A DNA stretch of 64,000 bases, taken from IMG/VR virus record IMGVR_UViG_3300027668_000010, positions 36,505 to 100,504 of that record, one strand, 5' to 3'. The position numbers were made by a program, and so were the translations under genes. Below the pieces are notes generated by a model that had not been told where the DNA came from, ran no database searches, and saw only the letters and a program-made list of their open reading frames with translations. Within the stretch, counting starts at the first letter, position 1, and every line of letters starts with the position of its first letter. Origin of the DNA: a virus. Below, in pieces: positions 27,562-38,119 of the stretch.

Positions 27562-28052
27562 TGCCTGATTATTACAATACACATCTAAGAAAAACATCAG
27601 ACCCTACTCTAATTAACAAAACCAAATTAGAGAGGGGAATGGTTGTTAAAATGAAATACAAAAAAGATAAGGAAACTAAACTTTATATAGTGTTTGTATT
27701 ACAACCCAAATGGCCAAATACAACAGATGGTAAGTTACATGGATTATCATTCTCAGTAATACCTCCAAATAAGGTCAAAGAAATTTCAGAACTGTATGAT
27801 GAGGTTATATCATCTTCGAAAAAGGTGAAACGATTGGATTTAGCTAAGATTCAAATCAATGAAGCATCTAAAGTGTTTTATACATCAGAAATCAAAACTG
27901 AAAAACAATTAAGAGCTGGTTATAGAACATTTGATTTAAAGAAAATACAATCAGTTATGGCAGTTAACTATGATTGGGGTAAATATGATAAGATACCATC
28001 AGCAGCTCAACGTAGAATTGATGAACAAAAAAAGTTAGATGATGAAGATTAG
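27561..28052 (+). CDS. hypothetical protein, weakly reminiscent of T4 gp2 DNA end protector
   Basis: IVFVL...HGLSF..IPP...YRTF; weak resemblance only. Confidence 0.35.
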   Translation: MPDYYNTHLRKTSDPTLINKTKLERGMVVKMKYKKDKETKLYIVFVLQPKWPNTTDGKLHGLSFSVIPPNKVKEISELYDEVISSSKKVKRLDLAKIQINEASKVFYTSEIKTEKQLRAGYRTFDLKKIQSVMAVNYDWGKYDKIPSAAQRRIDEQKKLDDED

Positions 28053-28662
28053 TTATGCAATACCCGTTTGTAATGAGTTAAATGAAATTAAAAGATTAAT
28101 TCCCTTTTTACTACAAACCAAACAACCTGATGATGAGGTTGTTGTACTATTTGATTCAATTAATGGGTCTGATGGGGTTAGGGATTACCTTATGAGTGCT
28201 AGTGAGTATGGTGAATTTAAATGGTATGATTATCCATTCGATGGGCACTTTGGTAATATGAAAAATAAACTAACTACTCATTGTAGTGGTGATTATATAT
28301 TTCAGATTGATGCAGATGAAATTCCAAATGAATCATTCATGCTTAACATTCATGCAATACTTGAAGAGAATGATGTTGATGTTGTTTTAGTACCGAGAGT
28401 TAATACAGTAGAAGGTTTAACTGATGAGCATATCCAAAAATGGGGATGGAACGTAGATGAAAAAGGATGGGTACAGTTTCCCGATTATCAATGGAGGATT
28501 TATAAGAACAACGAATCAATCAGATGGCAAAATAAAGTACATGAAACTTTAATAGGATATAACACCATTTCTAATTTACCTTCAATAGAAGAGTTAGCAT
28601 TATATCACCCAAAGACAATTGATAGACAAGAAAAACAAAACGCATACTACGATACCTTATGA
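28039..28662 (+). CDS. glycosyltransferase family 2
   Basis: ISYAIPVCNE, FQIDADE, PDYQWR, VHE. Confidence 0.85.
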   Translation: MMKISYAIPVCNELNEIKRLIPFLLQTKQPDDEVVVLFDSINGSDGVRDYLMSASEYGEFKWYDYPFDGHFGNMKNKLTTHCSGDYIFQIDADEIPNESFMLNIHAILEENDVDVVLVPRVNTVEGLTDEHIQKWGWNVDEKGWVQFPDYQWRIYKNNESIRWQNKVHETLIGYNTISNLPSIEELALYHPKTIDRQEKQNAYYDTL

Positions 28663-29501
28663 TATTTTGGAGAACGTATAACAACAAAGTACACTCAATT
28701 GAAGAAACTAACAAATTAGGATTCCCAATTGATAATGCATCATATATACCTGATGAGTATTTAGAAAAAGGTGAATTTGTAATTTTAAGGACAGCATTTG
28801 GAGTGGGTGATTGGGGAATAATATCAGCATTCCCTCGAAAACTTAAAGAGAAGTATCCTGATTGTAAGGTTTTAATACCATCACCAACATTACTAAGAAG
28901 TATGTTTGGTGAGCTAGAGAAAAATTGGAGCTCTTGGAGTGACCCATTTAAAGTAGTTAATACTATATTTGATAACAATCCTTATGTTGATGGGTTTATT
29001 GATTCATTTGAAGAAGATGTGTTCAATGACCACTATCGTATATATGGTAATACAGATGTACCATTGATGGAAGAAATTTTACGATTTTGGCAGTTTGATA
29101 ATTTTGATAATATTGAGCCGGAATTACATTGGTCTAAAGAAGAACTAGAACTCGGTGATAAAATCATTAAGGAACATTGTAATGGTGAATTCGGAACTCT
29201 CCTTATATCAAACAGATTTGATGGTATTGGTATTAAGAAAATTCAGAAAGTGGTTAGTGATTATAACTTACCAATGTTTTATTGGACTAAATCACCTGAA
29301 ATTGATGGGTTGGAATTTACAAAAGCTTTGGATATGAGACATATAGATACTCGTATTCAACTATACATTAAAAGTAAAGCAAAGTTCAATGTAGGTAATC
29401 AGACTGGTGTTAATGATACAATAGCAAACTATACACCAACATTAACCGTAGCTCGACCTAATATTGGGTCTAATATAATCCGTAGTCAGATTTATTTATG
29501 A
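28659..29501 (+). CDS. GT9-like (heptosyltransferase-like) glycosyltransferase
   Basis: GVGD, LKEKYPDC, NNPYVD, VGNQTG. Confidence 0.55.
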   Translation: MIFWRTYNNKVHSIEETNKLGFPIDNASYIPDEYLEKGEFVILRTAFGVGDWGIISAFPRKLKEKYPDCKVLIPSPTLLRSMFGELEKNWSSWSDPFKVVNTIFDNNPYVDGFIDSFEEDVFNDHYRIYGNTDVPLMEEILRFWQFDNFDNIEPELHWSKEELELGDKIIKEHCNGEFGTLLISNRFDGIGIKKIQKVVSDYNLPMFYWTKSPEIDGLEFTKALDMRHIDTRIQLYIKSKAKFNVGNQTGVNDTIANYTPTLTVARPNIGSNIIRSQIYL

Positions 29502-30181
29502 AAATAGTAGTTTATACCGCAATCATTGGTGGATATGATACATTAACCGAACCATTAGTAACACCTGATGGGGTTGATTTCATATGCTTTACTGATAGGG
29601 ATATTAAAAGTGATGTATGGGAAATTCGAAAGGTTTTACCTTTATATGAAGATAATACCCGAACTGCCAGAAAATATAAAATATTACCTCATAGATTTTT
29701 ACCTGAGTATGATATATCAATTTGGGCCGATGGGAACGAAACGATAGTAGGTGACGTTAATAAACTTTTAGAAAAGTTCCTTACTGATAAGAATATGGCT
29801 GTTTATAATCATATGAGTTGTTGGGATAAGCGGGATTGTGTATATAAAGAAGCTCAGGCTATATTTGATTTAGGTAATAACAATAATAATTGGAAAGATT
29901 CCCCATCTATAATTCAGAAACAAATAAAACGATATACGGATGATGGGTATCCTTTAAACAATGGATTAATAGTTAGTGGGGTAGTTCTTAGAAAGCATAA
30001 TGAAGGTGATATTATAAAATGTATGGAACTATGGTGGGAAGAACTTAAATATGGTAGCAAAAGAGACCAGCTGAGTTTTAATTATTCTGCTTGGAAATGT
30101 AATACTCACTTTAATTGGATTAACCAAGATATCAGAAATGATGGTTATGTCTTAGAAGTTAAACACAATCACCAAAAATGA
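29498..30181 (+). CDS. DUF616/TOD1-like glycosyltransferase
   Basis: VYTAIIGGYD, FICFTD, KILPHRF, W.DG, RDQLSF. Confidence 0.8.
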   Translation: MKIVVYTAIIGGYDTLTEPLVTPDGVDFICFTDRDIKSDVWEIRKVLPLYEDNTRTARKYKILPHRFLPEYDISIWADGNETIVGDVNKLLEKFLTDKNMAVYNHMSCWDKRDCVYKEAQAIFDLGNNNNNWKDSPSIIQKQIKRYTDDGYPLNNGLIVSGVVLRKHNEGDIIKCMELWWEELKYGSKRDQLSFNYSAWKCNTHFNWINQDIRNDGYVLEVKHNHQK

Positions 30182-30735
30182 AAATAGCAATACATCAACC
30201 GAACTTTTTACCTTGGTATCCGTTTTTTCAAAAAGTTGAAGAAGTGGATAGGTTTATTATATTAGGTAATCCACAATTTGAAAAAAATGGGTTTCAAAAC
30301 CGTTTCAATCTAAATGAGAAATGGCATACGATGAGCACCAAAAAGGGATTAGACCCTATTAATACAAAGATATATTTAAATCCTTTAAAAGATTGGAATA
30401 AAATTAAATTAAACTTACCGGAATATAAAGATATTTTAGATAAGTTGGATGAGTGTATTAGTGATAATCTGTTTACAACCAATTCTAAAATAATAGAAAA
30501 ACTTACAGAAATGTTAGGGTATAACACAGAGATATTATACGATTATCCAACTGATTTAAAATCAACTGAGCGGTTAGTGGATATCTGCTTACATTATGGG
30601 GCTACTGAATACCTTTCGGGTATTAGTGGTAAGAAATATTTAGATTTGAATTTGTTTGAATCTAATGGAATTAAGGTAAAGTTCCAAGAAACATCAACAA
30701 AAATACATACATTAAAATTATTAAGTAATGAGTAG
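30178..30735 (+). CDS. WbqC-like protein
   Basis: AIHQPNFLPW, FQNR, YLSG.SGK.YL. Confidence 0.85.
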   Translation: MKIAIHQPNFLPWYPFFQKVEEVDRFIILGNPQFEKNGFQNRFNLNEKWHTMSTKKGLDPINTKIYLNPLKDWNKIKLNLPEYKDILDKLDECISDNLFTTNSKIIEKLTEMLGYNTEILYDYPTDLKSTERLVDICLHYGATEYLSGISGKKYLDLNLFESNGIKVKFQETSTKIHTLKLLSNE

Positions 30736-31282
30736 AAAAACATTTAGATTCGATGATATATGTTCAAACGCTGATATGAAACTTCATATTGATATAGCAG
30801 AACATATTAAAAAAGAAATCCCATCAGCGGATGTAATATTCTGTGTATCACCATTGGTGCATGATATGAGTTCAGAGATTGGTAAAACAAAACAACGAAT
30901 ATTTCCACAGATATTAAACGCACATAGTGATTATAGGAAATTTTATCAAGTAGATAACTGTGGTATCCCCACATTTCCAGAGTGGATAAGTAGAGCTGGG
31001 CATGGGTTAATACACGTCGACCATAGATTATTAACTAAAGAAACACAAGAACTTAGTATCCTAACCAGTTGTAGTTTATCTAAATCTACTACATTCGTAC
31101 CACCATTTAATAAATGGAATGCACATACTGATGCAATTTGTAATGAGCATGGTATAAAGTTAGTAAAATTTGAAGATGGGTGGTTATGTTGTGAATATAA
31201 CGAATACAATCCTAAGAATAATCTATGGTATATACATGCTAGAGAATTTACATTAGAAAGTTTTAAAAATTGGTTAGGGTGA
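30728..31282 (+). CDS. polysaccharide deacetylase-like protein
   Basis: FRFDD, HGLIH, FVPPFN. Confidence 0.6.
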   Translation: MSRKTFRFDDICSNADMKLHIDIAEHIKKEIPSADVIFCVSPLVHDMSSEIGKTKQRIFPQILNAHSDYRKFYQVDNCGIPTFPEWISRAGHGLIHVDHRLLTKETQELSILTSCSLSKSTTFVPPFNKWNAHTDAICNEHGIKLVKFEDGWLCCEYNEYNPKNNLWYIHAREFTLESFKNWLG

Positions 31283-32274
31283 AACGTATATTACTTATAA
31301 CATCCCAATATAGGGTAGGTGAGCGAATATATCCAATAATACCACATCTTGCAACGGAGTATGATGTCGACTTACTAAAAGTATATCAAATGGCTGATAA
31401 TCATAAGTGGGTTGGTGATGTTGATATGAGGGGTGTATTTAATAAAAAATATTCAGAGTACTTTCAGAATATATATCAACATAAATGTGATGTATCAAAT
31501 TACGACCTCATCATATCCGATGATAATAGGGATAGTAAAAAGACTAATCTAAGAGATGTATATTCTAAAAAGAACTGTAATCTTATAGCATTTGGACATG
31601 GTAACACCGAAGAACCCTACTTCAAACGAGGATATAAGATTGTATTTGATAAATGTATGGTGTTCGGTAAAAAGGATACTATACATACAGATTGCATAGC
31701 TAGTGGTATTCCATGTAATGATAATCTTATTAACTATAAGAATCTTCCCAAAAAACATATATTGGTTATAGTTAACTTTTTAGGTAATAGGAATGCACCA
31801 TTTCAAAAATTCAATGAGGATTTTTTCAAAAAGATTGATATATTAAATATACAAAAGTACTTTAATCTTCCTGTAATTATAAAATTAAAGAGTCGGGCTG
31901 ATGAGGGTGGTTATTCCCAAAATACATCATACCTACATAAGATTTTACCAGATGAGTTAGATTATAAAATAGTAATCGATACCGTTGATGATAATAAACT
32001 AATAGCGGAGAGTAAGTGTGTTATTTCAGCACCATCAACTTTTGCGTTTAAACCAATACAGCTTGGAATACCTACTGTTTTAATAAAAAGATATGGCCAG
32101 GATGGTAGTTTTTCTGATTACGATTCTTTATTTGATATTAATACAAATATATTACCACATTTATCAAATGATGTAAAGCATACCGATTGGATATTAAATT
32201 CAATAGAAGGTGGTTTGATGTTTAATAGTACAGATATTGTAGTTAACATTTTAAAAGAATTAATCCGAAATTAA
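31279..32274 (+). CDS. GT-B fold sugar transferase (possible nonulosonate transferase)
   Basis: HGN, ISAPST, LGIPT; island context. Confidence 0.5.
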   Translation: MKRILLITSQYRVGERIYPIIPHLATEYDVDLLKVYQMADNHKWVGDVDMRGVFNKKYSEYFQNIYQHKCDVSNYDLIISDDNRDSKKTNLRDVYSKKNCNLIAFGHGNTEEPYFKRGYKIVFDKCMVFGKKDTIHTDCIASGIPCNDNLINYKNLPKKHILVIVNFLGNRNAPFQKFNEDFFKKIDILNIQKYFNLPVIIKLKSRADEGGYSQNTSYLHKILPDELDYKIVIDTVDDNKLIAESKCVISAPSTFAFKPIQLGIPTVLIKRYGQDGSFSDYDSLFDINTNILPHLSNDVKHTDWILNSIEGGLMFNSTDIVVNILKELIRN

Positions 32275-32306
32275 TTAGGTTATATGGGAAATAATTAGTA
32301 TATTTG
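32275..32306 (+). promoter_or_regulatory. Bacteroidota-type promoter inside the glycosylation island
   Basis: ttagg...gtatatttg. Confidence 0.6.
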
Positions 32307-32327
32307 TGTAAACAATAGGTATAAATA

Positions 32328-33287
32328 ATGAAAGAAAACATAATTGTATATGTGTCATCTAGAAACAACTATGATATGGTTGAAGGGGCTGTTCTAAAAA
32401 ATATTAAATTAGATGGTTACGAATTTATCAATGTGGATGATGGTAGTTGTGATGAAGAGGTAGCTAAAGGGATAGAACAATCAAAAAGGATTGGGTTCAC
32501 ATTCCTACAGAATAAGAAGCGTGGTGTACAGTATGCAACTCAAACCGTAATTGATTGGGTAAATGAAAATAGACCTAACTGTAAGTACATAGTTTGTTTT
32601 CAGCACGATAATTACCCAATAAGTGATAACTTCTTTGATTCAATGAATACACAAATTAAATCATTGGAAAATGAAAACGTAGGATTGATTGGATTTAATG
32701 TTTTAGATAAGGGTAGTTATACCGGCAATTCGTTAAAACGATACTATAACTCAGAACCCAATGTTAAGGGGATGATAGGTATGTGCCATTTAACTGTAAT
32801 GGATAATCGTAAGAGGTGGTTATGTCCTACACGTCAACCAAACCTAATTAAGCATGAGGGGTTCAACACTCCGTTTTCAATTGAATTCCCAATGTGGGCT
32901 GCAATCGGTATTAATGTAAAAGCATGGAATGATGTAATAGAGCCAACGGAGGATTACCAATTTCACTTATGGGCTCCAGATATAGCATTCCAATTCAATT
33001 TTAAAAATTATATGTCGGTTATTCTACCAAATTTATATTGTATGAATGACCAGAATTTGAAGAACAATTTTGGGATACATGAGAATAGCGCCCATAGTGC
33101 TAAAGCTGGTAATGAATTCCATTTCGGAGAATACGGACCTCATTTAACTAATTTCAAAAAGAGATGGGGGTGGGATTACGAAAATGTAAAAGGGACGTTC
33201 CCAAAAGTAAAAGATAAGTACGTTGGTACTTTAATAGAACAATATTATATGCACGATATAAATAAAGGACCATTATGGAAACTATGA
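32328..33287 (+). CDS. GT2-like glycosyltransferase
   Basis: VSSRN, VDDGS, FQHD, FKKRWG. Confidence 0.65.
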   Translation: MKENIIVYVSSRNNYDMVEGAVLKNIKLDGYEFINVDDGSCDEEVAKGIEQSKRIGFTFLQNKKRGVQYATQTVIDWVNENRPNCKYIVCFQHDNYPISDNFFDSMNTQIKSLENENVGLIGFNVLDKGSYTGNSLKRYYNSEPNVKGMIGMCHLTVMDNRKRWLCPTRQPNLIKHEGFNTPFSIEFPMWAAIGINVKAWNDVIEPTEDYQFHLWAPDIAFQFNFKNYMSVILPNLYCMNDQNLKNNFGIHENSAHSAKAGNEFHFGEYGPHLTNFKKRWGWDYENVKGTFPKVKDKYVGTLIEQYYMHDINKGPLWKL

Positions 33288-34303
33288 TTATGAGTAGATT
33301 TTTACATATAGTTGGAACACGCCCCAACTTTATAAAAGCTTGGCCTGTTATTGTAGAACTAAATAAATTAGGTTATACTAATGAGGTTTTAAATACAGGC
33401 CAACATTATGATAAGAATATGACAGATGATATTCTGAATGATATTGGTATGTATACCCCACATTATAATATTAATAGAGGTAATGTTGCAGAAATGATTA
33501 ATGGGATTACACCTATTATGGAGTACAATTATGATGCTATCTTTATTTATGGAGATGTTGATTCCAGCTTAGCTGGGGCAATCGCAGCTCATTCAAAAAA
33601 AATAGATATAATTCACGTTGAATCGGGACTAAGGAGTGGTGATTTACAAATGCCTGAAGAAGTTAATAGGAGAGTAATTGATATACTATCTAAATGGAAA
33701 TTTACAACAGAGATTGATGGGGTACATAATCTAATAGATGAGGGGTTATCAGAAAACACCAAGTTGATTGGGAACACAGCTATCGATACGTTAAAGAAGT
33801 TACCTTTACATAAAGTAAATACGGATAATTTCGGAGGCATATTACTAACACTCCACCGACCTTTCAATGTTGATAATTGCCCCAACCTCACAGAAATTCT
33901 TTTGGAAGTTGATTCATTAGGATTGGATGTTATATTCCCAATACACCCCAGAACCAGAGAAAACATAATAGGTCATTATAATAATATTACATTAGTTGAA
34001 CCAATGGGTTATAAAAAATTCATGTCAACCTTAGTAAATTCTGATTTTGTAATAAGTGATTCAGGTGGTATACAATGTGAATGTGCTTCATTGAATGTTC
34101 CGTTATTCATACTAAGACCAAGCACAGAGCATAAATCAGTATTAAAACATAACAAAGCAAAGTTAATTAACACAGATGATATTACTCTCAAAAAATTAAC
34201 CGATTTCATAGAGAATGAGTATAACCATAACTCAGTAAATACTTTATGGGATGGTAAAGCAGCAGAGAGATTAGCATTTGAAATAAGTAAAATATATGAG
34301 TAA
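33275..34303 (+). CDS. wecB: UDP-N-acetylglucosamine 2-epimerase (non-hydrolysing type)
   Basis: GTRPNFIK, TGQHYD, HVESGLRS, MPEEVNR, TLHR, HPRT, DSGGIQ. Confidence 0.92.
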   Translation: METMIMSRFLHIVGTRPNFIKAWPVIVELNKLGYTNEVLNTGQHYDKNMTDDILNDIGMYTPHYNINRGNVAEMINGITPIMEYNYDAIFIYGDVDSSLAGAIAAHSKKIDIIHVESGLRSGDLQMPEEVNRRVIDILSKWKFTTEIDGVHNLIDEGLSENTKLIGNTAIDTLKKLPLHKVNTDNFGGILLTLHRPFNVDNCPNLTEILLEVDSLGLDVIFPIHPRTRENIIGHYNNITLVEPMGYKKFMSTLVNSDFVISDSGGIQCECASLNVPLFILRPSTEHKSVLKHNKAKLINTDDITLKKLTDFIENEYNHNSVNTLWDGKAAERLAFEISKIYE

Positions 34304-35252
34304 GATATTAGTTACAGGTTGTGCAGGCCTGATTGGAAATCACGTAGTAGAAATCCTTTTAGATAAAGGTTACGATGTAATCGGAGTAGATGATTTGAGT
34401 TATGGTTCGAATATGATGAATCACCCAAAGTTCAAATTTGTAGAAAGTAAAGTGCAAAGAGTTTCATTAAAACAGTTGATAAATACGGATGAGTTGGATG
34501 TAGTATTCCATTTAGCAACTCTAAAAAAACCATTTAATGGAGTTAAGTGTAACTCATCAGATGTAATGTTAAATAGCGTTACAATGGCTCAAACTATTAA
34601 ATCCATATGTAAATCGACTGGAGCATTTCTCATATTCAGTAGTACATCAGATGTATATTCAAACTCAAGTACATTTAAAGAAACCGATAGATTAACGATT
34701 GGACCTCCTACCATTAGAAGATATAGTTATGCGATGACCAAATTATGGGAAGAGCAATATTATATGGACTTATTTAAAGAAGGTTACATCAATGGTTCGA
34801 TTGCTAGAATATTTGGATGCACCAGTCCAAAAGCTGTAAAAGGTTGGAGTGGTGGACATATCCCATTATTTTTAGATAAAGCAATGAAAGGTGAGGATAT
34901 TGTTATACATGGTGATGGTACTCAAACGAGAAGTATAGCTCACGCCGAAACCATCGCTGCAGGATTAATTAGAATGTATGAGATGAAGCAAGTTTCAACT
35001 AAAGAAATATTTAATTTAGGTTCTGATAAACAGGCCTCAGTAAGAACGGCAGCGGAACTAATTAAAACAATAACAAATAGTAAATCAGAAATAAAACACA
35101 TAAGTACTAAAGAGGCTTTTGGTGATTATCCTGAAATAGAATATAGATTCGCAGATACCAAAAAAGCACGTAAGATTTTAGGTGTTACATTTGATGATAA
35201 TTTGGATGATATAATAACAGAAATGTACAACGAATGGAAAATAGAAAAATAG
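34296..35252 (+). CDS. NAD-dependent sugar epimerase/dehydratase (SDR)
   Basis: GCAGLIG, SSTSDVY, YAMTK, GDGTQTRS. Confidence 0.88.
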   Translation: MSKILVTGCAGLIGNHVVEILLDKGYDVIGVDDLSYGSNMMNHPKFKFVESKVQRVSLKQLINTDELDVVFHLATLKKPFNGVKCNSSDVMLNSVTMAQTIKSICKSTGAFLIFSSTSDVYSNSSTFKETDRLTIGPPTIRRYSYAMTKLWEEQYYMDLFKEGYINGSIARIFGCTSPKAVKGWSGGHIPLFLDKAMKGEDIVIHGDGTQTRSIAHAETIAAGLIRMYEMKQVSTKEIFNLGSDKQASVRTAAELIKTITNSKSEIKHISTKEAFGDYPEIEYRFADTKKARKILGVTFDDNLDDIITEMYNEWKIEK

Positions 35253-35280
35253 TAGTAAAATTAATAGCAAACTAAGAGTT

Positions 35281-36636
35281 ATGAAAATAAAAAATATCCA
35301 CAACGCATTTACAGTAGTAAATGTAAACAATCATAAAATAATATGTGACCCTTGGATATCAGAAGGAATATTTGATGGGACTTGGGGTAAATTCCCTTAT
35401 GTTAAAAACATAGAACAATATATAAAAGATACAACCCATTGTTTTATATCACATGTACACCAAGACCACATGGATTTAGAAGCTATAAAGCTTATGGGTA
35501 AATCTACTAAATTTTACATCCCAAACATATACCCAAACCATGTTATAACCAATATATTAAATAATTTAGGATTTGAATACATAAAGATGTTAGACCCATT
35601 AGTAAAAACCGAAATAGAACCTGGATTATATTTTAGTATAATACCACCAATGAATGGGGGTGGTTTGGTTATGGATAAAACAGATGAAGAGGGAACATTA
35701 GCACATTTATCTGTTGATGCTGGGTTAGTTATAGAGGATAAAGATGCAAAAGTAGTATTATTATCTGATAATGGACCTTATAAATTAAATAAAGAGTTAA
35801 CGAAGGTGATGGGTGGTGCAGATTTATTAGCATTTCCTTTTAATGGTGTAGCCGATAATTACCCGGTATGTTTTAATAATATGACTTTAAAAGAAAAACA
35901 AAACGCTTCTTTAAGAAGGCAATCAAATAGAAAAACACTTCAATCTGAAACTTTTAAAACATTACAACCCAAAAATCTTATGCCATATTCATCTGATATT
36001 GTTATAATAGGACCAAGAGCAAAGGATTTTGCTAACGTACATCCTATTGAGTATGTAGATAGGGAATTGGTATCAAAAATATATGAAGAATCAACAAATA
36101 TACCAACACATGCGGTATGTTACAATAATAATATAATGATAGAAAATCATAATATGGTTATAGAGGGGGATTATATTGAACATGATTTTAAATCATATGC
36201 ATATTCTAAATACTCTAATGATATTAACCCCATTATATCACACCCTTCTATAGATAAAGAAACATTAATGCATAATTTTAAATTAGCATGTGATAATATG
36301 TTTTCTATGATGGGAAAGTTAAATCTAAAATCAGAATGGGTATTATGCTTTAATATTGAAGATTTAAATATTAGTTTTAGTGTAAATCTAAAAACAAAAA
36401 CATTAAAATTTAACAAAACGCAACCACCATCATTTCTATCTCTTTCTTATATTAATGAAAAAGTTCAAACACTAACAATCACATCAGGGTATTTAGATAA
36501 GCATTTTTTGTTTTATCACCATTGGAATAATTCTATTATATCACATAATTTAAATTGGCATAGAACTATAGATGAATATTGTGGGGGGATGGAAAGTGCA
36601 CTAAACTTCTTACACTTAAACACTAAAGATAGATAA
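35281..36636 (+). CDS. metallo-beta-lactamase-fold protein, CMP-Neu5Ac hydroxylase (CMAH)-like
   Basis: DPW...F.GTW, ISHVHQDH, PFNGVADNYPVCF, LQPK..MPY. Confidence 0.65.
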   Translation: MKIKNIHNAFTVVNVNNHKIICDPWISEGIFDGTWGKFPYVKNIEQYIKDTTHCFISHVHQDHMDLEAIKLMGKSTKFYIPNIYPNHVITNILNNLGFEYIKMLDPLVKTEIEPGLYFSIIPPMNGGGLVMDKTDEEGTLAHLSVDAGLVIEDKDAKVVLLSDNGPYKLNKELTKVMGGADLLAFPFNGVADNYPVCFNNMTLKEKQNASLRRQSNRKTLQSETFKTLQPKNLMPYSSDIVIIGPRAKDFANVHPIEYVDRELVSKIYEESTNIPTHAVCYNNNIMIENHNMVIEGDYIEHDFKSYAYSKYSNDINPIISHPSIDKETLMHNFKLACDNMFSMMGKLNLKSEWVLCFNIEDLNISFSVNLKTKTLKFNKTQPPSFLSLSYINEKVQTLTITSGYLDKHFLFYHHWNNSIISHNLNWHRTIDEYCGGMESALNFLHLNTKDR

Positions 36637-37562
36637 TGGGAAATAAAAAAATAGCAGTTATAACGCCAGTATCTCATCTTGATGGTGTAGTAGAATTACT
36701 TTTAACTAAAGGTACATTATTTGTATTTGAAGAAGCAACAAAAGTTAGGGTTAGAGAATTATTACTAACACATGATATTGATACTATTATATGTAACCCT
36801 AACCAACAGACATATAAAATAGATAAAGAATTACTAGATGGGACTAATGTTAATCTAATTAATACCTGTTCCACAGGTATGAATCATATTGATGTTGAAT
36901 ATTGTGAATCTATTGGAATCAAAATATATTCTCTTACCAAAGATTATGAATTAATTAATCAACTACCATCCACATCAGAACTTGCGTTCGGATTGTTGTT
37001 GGACTTAATGCGAAACATCACAAAATCAAACAACGTTACAAAACGTGATGAGAGTTGGGATTACTTACCATTCATAGGCCAACAGATGAAAGATTATAGA
37101 ATTGGTATTGTTGGTTATGGTAGACTTGGTAAGATGATGGCTAAGTATTGTAGGGCATTTGATGCTATTGTGGATATATACGACCCATATTCAAATGAAT
37201 CGACTGTTGATACCTTAGAAGAGTTATTTGATAAGTGTGATGCTGTATCACTTCATGTTCACGTTACTGATGAAACTAAGTATATGATTGATTATAACTT
37301 ACTTTCCCGTAATGTTAAGTTCTTAGTAAATACAGCACGTGGTGAAATTGTAGAAGAATCTGATGTTGTTAAAGCATTAAAGGAATCTAAGTTATTAGGT
37401 TACGGTACGGATGTAATTGAAGATGAATTTGGTGATATTAAAAATTCACCTCTGTTTTATTTGGAAAATTCAAATTTAAATTGTATATTTACACCTCACA
37501 TTGGTGGTATGACCATACAAGGACAAACAAAAGCCTACAAATGGGCCATTAATAAACTGTAA
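36636..37562 (+). CDS. D-isomer-specific 2-hydroxyacid dehydrogenase
   Basis: GIVGYGRLG, SLH, VNTARG, DV, TPHIGG. Confidence 0.88.
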   Translation: MGNKKIAVITPVSHLDGVVELLLTKGTLFVFEEATKVRVRELLLTHDIDTIICNPNQQTYKIDKELLDGTNVNLINTCSTGMNHIDVEYCESIGIKIYSLTKDYELINQLPSTSELAFGLLLDLMRNITKSNNVTKRDESWDYLPFIGQQMKDYRIGIVGYGRLGKMMAKYCRAFDAIVDIYDPYSNESTVDTLEELFDKCDAVSLHVHVTDETKYMIDYNLLSRNVKFLVNTARGEIVEESDVVKALKESKLLGYGTDVIEDEFGDIKNSPLFYLENSNLNCIFTPHIGGMTIQGQTKAYKWAINKL

Positions 37563-37567
37563 AAACT

Positions 37568-38119
37568 ATGAAAGTATTAACAATTATACCGGCTAAGTTA
37601 GATTCGACTAGGTTAGAGAAAAAGAATATTCGTAAGATTAACGGAAAAACATTAGTGGAACATTCAATTGAATATGCAAAGAACAGTAAGCATGATGTAG
37701 ATATCATAGTTTCATCAGAATCAGATGAGGTTAAAGAAACCGTTTTACCACATGATGTTATATTTCATAATAGAAAACAAGAACTATGTGGGGATACAGA
37801 AGTAGTAGATGTATATTTAGATGTTGTAAATAACGTAGTTAAAGATTATGATTTAGTAGTAGCGTTACAGCCTGATAATCCTAACAGGTCACATACTTTA
37901 GATGAGTGTATTAATTATATGTTGGATAACAATTACGATGATTTGATTACAGTAAATCCAAATTATAAACGAAGTGGTTCAGTTCGTATTTTTAAATATA
38001 AATATTTAAAAAATGGTGAAGTGAGTAAACGGCTTGGGTGTATAAAGGATTCTGCTATTGATATTCATTATGAAGATGATTTAAATAAAACAAAAACTAA
38101 AATGGCAAGTAATGATTAA
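37568..38119 (+). CDS. neuA: acylneuraminate cytidylyltransferase-like
   Basis: IIPAK..STRLEKKN, LQP.NP.R, IDIH...D. Confidence 0.8.
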   Translation: MKVLTIIPAKLDSTRLEKKNIRKINGKTLVEHSIEYAKNSKHDVDIIVSSESDEVKETVLPHDVIFHNRKQELCGDTEVVDVYLDVVNNVVKDYDLVVALQPDNPNRSHTLDECINYMLDNNYDDLITVNPNYKRSGSVRIFKYKYLKNGEVSKRLGCIKDSAIDIHYEDDLNKTKTKMASND